Source of the DNA: a virus
IMG/VR virus record: IMGVR_UViG_3300035670_000019
Location: 99,031 to 163,030 of that record
DNA length: 64,000 nucleotides
Reading direction: 5' to 3' (one strand)
Below the pieces are notes generated by a model that was not told the DNA's origin, ran no database searches, and saw only the letters and a program-made list of their open reading frames with translations. Position 1 is the stretch's first letter; every line of letters begins with the position of its first letter. The position numbers and the translations under genes are program-made. This document shows, piece after piece, positions 42,617-50,368 of this stretch.

Positions 42617-42928
42617 ATGGAACAAAAACGTCGTGGTCGCCCACCCGGAACGGGAAAAAAGAAAGAAGTAGAGATTCAATTGAACACAACTACTACAACA
42701 GAACCAAAGAAACGTGGTAGGAAAGCAGCAGAGAAACCACCTATTGTATTCCCTGATAATGTTATGGAAGGGGAAATTGAAGGAACTACAACAGAAAAAC
42801 TGAAATTCATGGCAATTCAGGTGAAGCAATTGGATAAAACATTAGATTTGGAACCATATAGAATGGATATCCGTATGAAGAAACACGATACTATTCAACG
42901 AATCTGTTACTTGATTGAGAGTCTTTAA
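42617..42928 (+). CDS. AT-hook protein
   Basis: RRGRPPG and KKRGRK motifs. Confidence 0.65.
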   Translation: MEQKRRGRPPGTGKKKEVEIQLNTTTTTEPKKRGRKAAEKPPIVFPDNVMEGEIEGTTTEKLKFMAIQVKQLDKTLDLEPYRMDIRMKKHDTIQRICYLIESL

Positions 42929-43005
42929 CAGGAGGCTTGGCTTTACAGGATAAGAATGTTATATTTAGGTATAAGTTAAATTAATAATTAAATAAAATAA
43001 AGGTT

Positions 43006-43806
43006 ATGTTAAACATTGAAAGCAACACATTTTTGACAGAGTCAGAAATTAAAGAAAAAGCAAAATCAATTTTCACAGCTAAAGGTGCTCCAGGCACTAG
43101 TGAAAAATACGCTCACATTTCAACCTTCCAAATCATTCAGGATATGGAAAAGCTAGGTTGGGGAGTAGTTGATGCAAAACAAGTACGCGCCCGTAAAGGT
43201 GATGGTTACCAAAAACACCTAGTTGTGTTCCGTAATAATGATATTGTCATTAATGGAGAAGATGGTGATCATGCTTACCCACAGATTCTATTGACTAATA
43301 GCCATGATGGTAAAAATGCATTTACTTTCACAGCTGGTTTGTTCCGTATGGTGTGTGAGAATGGTTTGGTTATTTGTTCTAAGGAGTTTGAAAATCTTAA
43401 AATTCGTCACTACGGGTATGATTTTGAAGAGTTGAAAAAAGTAATTGGTACAATGGTAGAGAAACTTCCACTAACTGTTGAGTCAATGAATTTGTTTAAG
43501 AAGAAGAAACTTCGTAAAGAACAAATTGCTGAGTTTGCTAAGAAAGCAGCTGCAATTCGATTTGGAGCTGAGCAGTTAGAAAACATCACAATTGATTTTG
43601 ATGATTTGGTTACACCAACTCGTCCTGAAGATAATGGTAATGATTTGTGGAGCGTATTTAATGTAGTTCAAGAAAAGTTGGTACATGGTATGTTTGAATA
43701 TACATCAGGTACTAAATTGCGTAAAGCAAGAAAGATTAAGAACTTTAAACAAGACCTTGATTTGAATGCTAAACTATATGAACTTGCAGTTGAATATGCA
43801 GCTTAA
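43006..43806 (+). CDS. DUF932/DUF945-family protein
   Basis: LLTNSHDG..AF...AGLFRMVCENGL; LWSVFNVVQE. Confidence 0.85.
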   Translation: MLNIESNTFLTESEIKEKAKSIFTAKGAPGTSEKYAHISTFQIIQDMEKLGWGVVDAKQVRARKGDGYQKHLVVFRNNDIVINGEDGDHAYPQILLTNSHDGKNAFTFTAGLFRMVCENGLVICSKEFENLKIRHYGYDFEELKKVIGTMVEKLPLTVESMNLFKKKKLRKEQIAEFAKKAAAIRFGAEQLENITIDFDDLVTPTRPEDNGNDLWSVFNVVQEKLVHGMFEYTSGTKLRKARKIKNFKQDLDLNAKLYELAVEYAA

Positions 43807-43993
43807 TAGTAAACAAGAATTACATCAGCTAATAAGTAAAGAGCTGAAGTTAGAACCAATCACCACCCATATAGATGAGTTGTGGGTGGTGGTTACAAGA
43901 ACATTACATAAAGGAATTAATGTGTCTAAAGAGAACATTATTGATTATTATTTGACATGTTGTAAGTATGATAATCTAAAAGATTAATCATTT

Positions 43994-44117
43994 GGTCAAG
44001 TGGCGGAATTGGTAAGACGTAACAGATGGTTATAGCACTGTGGGTAAAAAAAGGTATGTGTACACGTCCTGGTCACTATAATGGCAGCCCGTGAAGGTTC
44101 GAATCCTTCCTTGACCA
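43994..44117 (+). ncRNA. tRNA-like RNA 3
   Basis: Acceptor GGTCAAG/CTTGACC, D arm TGGCGGAATTGGTAAGACG, T arm GAAGG-TTCGAAT-CCTTC; ~72-nt insert. Confidence 0.8.
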
Positions 44118-44122
44118 CTAAA

Positions 44123-44199
44123 GAATTGAGTCGCTATCAATTCCCCTATATTTACAATACTCAGCGTAAACTGCAGCACCCGGTGTGAGTAAATATAGG
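44123..44199 (+). ncRNA. Structured spacer RNA between tRNA-like RNA 3 and tRNA-Arg
   Basis: GAATTGA-GTCGCTA-TCAATTC hairpin plus 11-bp stem CCTATATTTAC/GTAAATATAGG. Confidence 0.5.
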
Positions 44200-44204
44200 T
44201 TTAT

Positions 44205-44278
44205 GCCCTCATAGCTCAGTTGGATAGAGCAACAGATTTCTAATCTGTCGGTCTCAGGTTCAAATCCTGATGAGGGTA
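44205..44278 (+). tRNA. tRNA-Arg(TCT)
   Basis: ACAGA-TTTCTAA-TCTGT; canonical cloverleaf. Confidence 0.95.
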
Positions 44279-44312
44279 CTATGGTTTATGATATTTATTA
44301 TAAACACACCAT

Positions 44313-44703
44313 AATGAAAATATTAACTGTGCTTCTAGCACTACTAATAAAGGTTTCATTATATTCTCAATACGTTCCCATAAACAAAAGATTTGATCAA
44401 GAAGAATATAGACTATTCATTCCAAGCCATAGTCATATAATCATTGATTCACTTTATAAAACAGATCAACTTTATAAGATTAAACTAATAGAGGAAGAAG
44501 ACATCTATGTTATCCAAAATAATGCTTTAAGGTTTGTTTGTGATCTTAAAGCTGGGGTGGTTGAGGTTTATTTTGATGGGAAATTTGATGGTAAGTATGT
44601 TATTAAATTTTGGGATAGTTATAATTTCTTTGTAATTAGAATACCTTTAGCTCGTACTTCATATCATTTCTTTAGAGTCTATTCTCCAGATAAAGTTTGG
44701 TGA
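44313..44703 (+). CDS. Secreted hypothetical protein
   Basis: MKILTVLLALLI... signal peptide; ATG at 44313 preferred. Confidence 0.55.
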
Positions 44704-44745
44704 TTAAAAACTTCTTATTATATTATTTATGATAAACAGTTTTAT

Positions 44746-45201
44746 ATGGAATTTAAATTCAAATCATTATCAACTAAAAATGAGATTGATTTAATCCCAT
44801 ATATTAAAGACTTTTTATCTAAAAATAGTAATACAAGTATTTTTATAGGTAGTGATTCTCAAAATACAAGAAACACTACTTTTGCAACAGTAATTGTATT
44901 ACATAATACTGGGAAGGGAGGGCATGTTTTATATATTAAGGATATAGTTCCTCTTATTAGAGATAGATTTAGTAGACTATGGAATGAAGTAGAGTATTCA
45001 TTACAGATAGCTAATTATTTAGTTGAACATGGAATACCAAAACCTAATTTTATAGACATAGATTTAAACCCAGACCCAAAATATAAATCAAATCAAGTGT
45101 TACGAGCAGCTCTAGGTTATGTTGAGTCAATGGGATACACACCTCGTTGTAAACCAAATGCAGTAGTAGCCTCATACGTAGCGGACGCGATTTGTAAATA
45201 A
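44746..45201 (+). CDS. RNase H-like YkuK-family protein
   Basis: IFIGSDSQ, RLWNEV..S, IDIDLN, ASYVAD. Confidence 0.85.
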   Translation: MEFKFKSLSTKNEIDLIPYIKDFLSKNSNTSIFIGSDSQNTRNTTFATVIVLHNTGKGGHVLYIKDIVPLIRDRFSRLWNEVEYSLQIANYLVEHGIPKPNFIDIDLNPDPKYKSNQVLRAALGYVESMGYTPRCKPNAVVASYVADAICK

Positions 45202-45276
45202 GCATCTTTAGCTAAATAGGTTAAAGCAGCACACTCATAATGTGAAGATGTATAGGTTCGAGTCCTATAAGGTGCA
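45202..45276 (+). tRNA. tRNA with CAT anticodon (elongator Met or Ile2)
   Basis: CACA-CTCATAA-TGTG; ATAGG-TTCGAGT-CCTAT; GCATCTT/AAGGTGC. Confidence 0.85.
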
Positions 45277-45316
45277 CTAATTTGTTAGAGAGTTATTCTC
45301 TAATATATTTATAAGC

Positions 45317-45727
45317 ATGAAAAAATGCTTCCAATGTTTAGATATAAAAGAATATTCTTTATTCTATAAAAATAAATCCACTAAGGATGGACACTCAGGT
45401 CTTTGCAAAGAATGCCAGTTAAAAAATGAAAGAGAAAATAATAAAAAAGCTAAAGAATGGATAATTAATTTAAAAACCAAATGTGGTAAATGTGAGGAGA
45501 ATAGACATTGGGTCTTAGATTTTCATCATAAAGATCCAAACATGAAAAATTTTAACATATCAGAATACTCAATTTCAGGTACTACTTCTTTTAAAACTAA
45601 AAAATTAAAAATTGAAAACGAATTAAATAATTGTGTAGTGTTATGTTCTAATTGTCATAGAGATTTTCACTACATGGAAAAAATAAATAATATAAGTATA
45701 GAAGATTATTTAAATATTAAAAAGTAA
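45317..45727 (+). CDS. HNH endonuclease
   Basis: CxxC pairs, LDFHH, LCSNCHR; late motif at 45305. Confidence 0.85.
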   Translation: MKKCFQCLDIKEYSLFYKNKSTKDGHSGLCKECQLKNERENNKKAKEWIINLKTKCGKCEENRHWVLDFHHKDPNMKNFNISEYSISGTTSFKTKKLKIENELNNCVVLCSNCHRDFHYMEKINNISIEDYLNIKK

Positions 45728-45754
45728 GTTATTAAAATAAAGGAGAAACAAATT

Positions 45755-46072
45755 ATGGAAACAACATCTTTCGTTTTAGGTATGCTCTCGATTATTGCAG
45801 TTGGTTTTATGGCTGTGATTGTTTGGGGTATAGTTAAGATCAATAAATTAACATCTGAATTAAAAGCTACTCATGAGTGGATAGATAATGGTACTCGAGA
45901 TAGAGATTATAATCTTCAACAAGTTTATAGAAAATTTGATGAAACAGATCGTAATATATCTCTTGAATATGAACGGATTTATAACCAAATATCTGAGTGT
46001 CGTTCATATACAGACTCACGTATAGATAAAGTATTAAGTACAACTGGTGCTAAACAATTAATTAAAGGATAA
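45755..46072 (+). CDS. Membrane-anchored hypothetical protein
   Basis: N-terminal TM helix and coiled coil. Confidence 0.6.
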   Translation: METTSFVLGMLSIIAVGFMAVIVWGIVKINKLTSELKATHEWIDNGTRDRDYNLQQVYRKFDETDRNISLEYERIYNQISECRSYTDSRIDKVLSTTGAKQLIKG

Positions 46073-46094
46073 TAATAATTTCAACTTACTTTTT

Positions 46095-46119
46095 AAAGCG
46101 GCTTTTAGCCGCTTTTTTT
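46095..46119 (+). terminator. Terminator
   Basis: AAAGCGGCT-TTT-AGCCGCTTT followed by T run. Confidence 0.85.
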
Positions 46120-46200
46120 CTTAGTATATTATAATATGTATAAGGTATAGGCGAATGTATTAAAACCGCTAAAAACCAGTTTTAACCATATGTATATAAT

Positions 46201-46936
46201 ATGAATATTAACAAAATATTTAGTTTATTCAAGTCTCCCGAAGAACCTGAGGAGGTGATTTCACAAATAGATTTATCTGAAAGTCCTGTAATATGGATTG
46301 GAATGTTTAAAAAATTAATTACTAATTACGAAACTTTTGCTAAACAATTAATTAAATTTTTAGGAGATGCTAATCCAGACTTGGATGTAGATGAGGTTGA
46401 AAGAGTTAGTGGTTACATGGTTTATGATAAGGCTTATAATCATTTATTCAAATTAGATATCACTAATAAGACACATCTTGATTGTATAAAATTATATTCA
46501 GATGATATATTCAAGAAAACATTAGACGCAGCTCTAATATATTTTGAAGGTGTAGAAGAATATGAAAGATGTATATTTTTGAAACAAATTCAAGACATAG
46601 TAAACCTCTCTTAAAAATAATTTGGCCTTATAGTTTTCTTTTAGTATTATATAATTACGGGTTATAAGAAAAACATTAAAACGTAGGATATAAGAAACGT
46701 GATAATGTTATAACGTTATTAAAAATAAATATATGAAACATAGAAACAGTATTTTACATGAACTCAATAAAATTGAGGGATTAACAAATCAACTTAACTT
46801 TATTGTTAACCAACAACAGCCAATTGAAGAATATAGAGCTGCTTTAGAACGTATTAGAGAATCAATTGAACAAGCTAGAGCATATATTGAAAGTGAACCT
46901 ATTGGTGGTTATGAATTAAATGTTGCCGCACAATGA
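46201..46936 (+). CDS. Two hypothetical proteins (46201-46614 with UVR-like motif; 46733-46936)
   Basis: FEGVEEYERCIFLKQI. Confidence 0.6.
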
Positions 46937-47709
46937 AACTAACAGCTGAACAAATCCAAGATAATTGGAATGAATTTCTATCTATTATTGATACTCATAT
47001 CTCTGAACCTAGATGTTCTGAGTTAAAAGCATTTTATGAACAGTATGCTGAGCGTATTATGCTTATGCCTGCTTCTCATAAAAAAGAATATCATAATGCA
47101 TTCCCAGGTGGTTATGTAGATCATGTACTGCGAGTAATACAGTGTGCTCTTAAACTAAATAAAGTTTGGGTTGAAATGGGAGTAGATACTTCAACATATA
47201 CAGTTGAAGAATTAGTATTTGCCGCTTTAAATCACGACTTAGGTAAAATGGGAGATGAACAAAACGAATCATACATCCCCCAGACAGATCAATGGCGTAA
47301 AGAGAAACTAGGTGAAGATTATAAATTCAATGATCGTCTTGAATACATGTCAGTACCAGATCGTGGATTACATTTACTCATGTCTCACGGTATTACATTC
47401 TCCAGAAACGAAATGTTAGCAATCAAGTTACATGATGGTTTATATGATGATGCTAACAAACCATACTTAATGTCTTGGTCACCTGAAACAAAACCACGTA
47501 CTGCGTTAGTATTTATCGTACATCAAGCGGATTTAATGGCAGCACGTATTGAGTTCGAGCAAGTATGGATGCCTAAACTTAAAGGTGAAGTAACCCAAAA
47601 TAATTCATCAAATTTCACAATTGAGAAAACCAAAAAGTCACCTGTTAAGACTAAAGCATTAGGTAATATTAAAAGTGAAGGTTTAAAAAGTTTACTAGAT
47701 AATATATGA
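46933..47709 (+). CDS. HD-domain phosphohydrolase
   Basis: PAS...YHNAFPGGYVDH, NHDLGK, HDG, HQAD. Confidence 0.85.
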   Translation: MKLTAEQIQDNWNEFLSIIDTHISEPRCSELKAFYEQYAERIMLMPASHKKEYHNAFPGGYVDHVLRVIQCALKLNKVWVEMGVDTSTYTVEELVFAALNHDLGKMGDEQNESYIPQTDQWRKEKLGEDYKFNDRLEYMSVPDRGLHLLMSHGITFSRNEMLAIKLHDGLYDDANKPYLMSWSPETKPRTALVFIVHQADLMAARIEFEQVWMPKLKGEVTQNNSSNFTIEKTKKSPVKTKALGNIKSEGLKSLLDNI

Positions 47710-47981
47710 TAATAGCAATTGTTATATTAAGTTTAATGGTTGTGATCTTAGGATATACAACCTTTAACCTTCTTAGAAAAAATGAAAAACAAGAAGATAT
47801 CCTTTTAGGATATATATCTTACTTAAACAAAATATCTGATATAATTGAAATGTCAGATAAAAAACTTAAAGAAGTAGATGCTAGAGAATCATTTAAATCA
47901 GATGATGAAGTAGGTTTCTTTTTTGAATCAGTCAAACAAATCCAAAGTATCTTAAACCAGTTTAATATTAAAAACTTATGA
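47706..47981 (+). CDS. Small membrane-anchored protein
   Basis: N-terminal TM helix. Confidence 0.6.
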   Translation: MIIAIVILSLMVVILGYTTFNLLRKNEKQEDILLGYISYLNKISDIIEMSDKKLKEVDARESFKSDDEVGFFFESVKQIQSILNQFNIKNL

Positions 47982-48688
47982 GTAGTGAGGTAGTGATAAA
48001 GCCAAAAACAAGTGGGATGTATTTTACTCAAGAAACAGAAAATGCAATCATTGAGTATAATAACACTTTAGATTTTGATTTAAGAAGTAAAATTTATCGT
48101 GAACGCATTCATTATGCTTTCTTTAAACTAACAGAAAACATTATTCATACTTTTAAGTTTTATTACACTGAGGTAAGTAATATTGAGGATTTACAACATG
48201 AAGTAATTTCATTTTTGCTTTCTAAAATCCATTTATTTGACCCAAGTAAAGGAGCTAAAGCATATTCATATTTTGGAACTATTGCTAAACGTTATCTAAT
48301 TATTTCTAATACTAAAAATTATAAGAAACGAGTAGACAAAGCACCAATTGAAGAACTTGAATCAGATGAAAAATACAGTTACTCATTATCAGATGATCCT
48401 GTAGATAAACTTTCTCTGTTTTTAGATGAATTTACAAATTACTGTTCTCAAAATATATATACTCTTTTCCCTAAAGAAGGAGATGCTAAAATAGCGGACG
48501 CTATTCTGGAATTATTTCGTAAAAGAGAGAGTATAGAAATCTTTAATAAAAAAGCACTGTATATATACATCCGAGAGATAATTGATGTTAAAACCCCTAA
48601 AATCACTAAAATAGCAAATAAATTATATGATATGTTTAAAGATCATTATTATTTCTATTTAGAAAATGGTTATACAAATTTCCCATAA
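47978..48688 (+). CDS. Phage sigma-factor-like protein (region 2), candidate late sigma
   Basis: EDLQHE...LLSKIHLFDPSKGAKAYSYF..IAKRY. Confidence 0.7.
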   Translation: MSSEVVIKPKTSGMYFTQETENAIIEYNNTLDFDLRSKIYRERIHYAFFKLTENIIHTFKFYYTEVSNIEDLQHEVISFLLSKIHLFDPSKGAKAYSYFGTIAKRYLIISNTKNYKKRVDKAPIEELESDEKYSYSLSDDPVDKLSLFLDEFTNYCSQNIYTLFPKEGDAKIADAILELFRKRESIEIFNKKALYIYIREIIDVKTPKITKIANKLYDMFKDHYYFYLENGYTNFP

Positions 48689-48713
48689 TCATATTTATGG
48701 ATAAATAAATATC

Positions 48714-49055
48714 ATGAATGGTTTAGATAATATTGTATTTGGTGGTAAGAAATTTTCCGATATTTTAGAAGAGATATATAACAATCAAAAGAAAAAAGAA
48801 AAACAAATCTCTGCTCTCATATCAGAACTTAAACCATTAGTAAATGAGATAGGAGATGCTACTTTAATTGTTCCTTTAATTAAAGAATACTTAGAAATAA
48901 GTGTTAAAAACGATGAACAATTAATCAAAATGGCTACTATCATTCAACGTATTATGAGTAATAATGGAACCGCTGAAGGCGGTTTTGGTATTTCTGAAGA
49001 AGAAAAAGCTCAATTATTAGCTGAAATAGATAAGTTTAAAGACGGAGGTGAATAA
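48714..49055 (+). CDS. Hypothetical helical protein
   Basis: ORF track; late motif at 48691. Confidence 0.65.
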   Translation: MNGLDNIVFGGKKFSDILEEIYNNQKKKEKQISALISELKPLVNEIGDATLIVPLIKEYLEISVKNDEQLIKMATIIQRIMSNNGTAEGGFGISEEEKAQLLAEIDKFKDGGE

Positions 49056-50368
49056 TGAAAGATACTAAATGGAAATTAAACCATAAGGTTGGAAATTATT
49101 CTGAGGGTTATTCTGCTAATACAACAACAAAAGCAGTTTCCACTGTTAGAGTTAAAGATATAATTTTAGATGATTCTCATCCTGATTTTGAGAAATATGG
49201 TGAATGGAATGGAATAGGTACTATCTTTTTTGAAAATGTTAAAAATCCTATTTTAAATAAAAATAAAAATAAATTAATAGCAGCTTATCCTTTATTACCT
49301 AACATCAAACATTATCCTTTAATTAATGAGTTAGTTTCTATATTTTATTTAGCTGATGTAGATTTAACTACTAATACTACTTCTGTAGCTCCATATTATC
49401 TACCCCCAGTTAATGTATGGAATAGCCAAATACATAACGCTGTACCTTCTTCTGATATAATCCCCCCAGAACAACAAAAAGATTATCAGCAAGTAGAAGC
49501 TGGATCAGTTAGAAGAATAACAGATCAAAATACTGAAATAGATTTAGGCACTACTTTTGATGAAGCTAATGTTTTAGATACTTATCCTCTTTTACCATAT
49601 GAGGGAGATATAATTTATGAGGGACGTTTTGGAAATTCTATAAGATTTGGTTCTACGGTTAATGGAACAGCTTATCCTAATCCTTGGTCTAATGAAGGAG
49701 ATCAAAGTGAACCTATCACTATTATAAGAAATGGCCAATCTAAAACTCAACAATCTGTTATTGATACAAATGAACCTTGGATACCTACTTTAGAAAACAT
49801 AAATGAAGACCAATCTTCAATATATTTAACTTCAACACAACAAATCCCCTTAGAATTATCAGTAAGTAATATAGATTCATATAATGGATTATCTGAGACT
49901 CCAGTTGTACCTGAATTATATGCTGGTAATCAAATCCTTTTAAATTCAGGAAGATTAGTATTTAATGCTAAAAATGACCATATTATATTAAGTGCTGATA
50001 AATCAGTTCATTTAGTATCAAATAATTCACTTAATTTTGATACTGTAGATAAAATATCTATGACTACTAATGTATCATTTGGAGTAATTACTTTAACCTC
50101 ACCTAAGGTTTATTTAGGCTCAGATGTTGGAAATGAAGGATATGCGGGAGCTGATCTTCAATCTTTAGTATTAGGTGAAAATCTTAAACAAACTTTAACA
50201 GGAATTGTAAAAGCTTTAAATGGTATAGCTAGATCTATGAAATTCGCTAGTAATGAAGGAGGACCTATAGCTAGTTTAAATACAGAAGGAAATAGATTAG
50301 GGACAGAAACTGAAAATCTATTGAGTGAATTAAATAATATTTTATCTAAAACTGTAAAAACCATCTAA
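49055..50368 (+). CDS. Putative baseplate hub/spike (gp5/gpV-like)
   Basis: EGDIIYEGRFGNSIRFG and beta-rich C-terminus (ILLNSGRLVFNAK, VLGE) upstream of gp25. Confidence 0.55.
   Translation: MKDTKWKLNHKVGNYSEGYSANTTTKAVSTVRVKDIILDDSHPDFEKYGEWNGIGTIFFENVKNPILNKNKNKLIAAYPLLPNIKHYPLINELVSIFYLADVDLTTNTTSVAPYYLPPVNVWNSQIHNAVPSSDIIPPEQQKDYQQVEAGSVRRITDQNTEIDLGTTFDEANVLDTYPLLPYEGDIIYEGRFGNSIRFGSTVNGTAYPNPWSNEGDQSEPITIIRNGQSKTQQSVIDTNEPWIPTLENINEDQSSIYLTSTQQIPLELSVSNIDSYNGLSETPVVPELYAGNQILLNSGRLVFNAKNDHIILSADKSVHLVSNNSLNFDTVDKISMTTNVSFGVITLTSPKVYLGSDVGNEGYAGADLQSLVLGENLKQTLTGIVKALNGIARSMKFASNEGGPIASLNTEGNRLGTETENLLSELNNILSKTVKTI

Larger units (their letters stand above)
12060..42968 (+). promoter_or_regulatory. 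Family of ~25 early promoters, GTTTGGC-N13-GATGTTATATTTAG (34 bp)
   Basis: Copies start at 12060, 14622, 16875, 28029, 30370, 31100, 34502, 34859, 35706, 36060, 36484, 36845, 37121, 37397, 38353, 38761, 38996, 39303, 39602, 40165, 40389, 40609, 40832, 42375 and 42935, with a few base variants. TTTG-N20-TATATTTA fits the Bacteroidetes -33 TTTG / -7 TAnnTTTG consensus. Each is followed shortly by an ATG, usually after an A-rich leader. Confidence 0.9.

Noticed and set aside
46655-46732. Short TATAAGAAA and AACGT repeats in an intergenic region
   Set aside because: Few, short copies in AT-rich DNA; cannot be told from chance.
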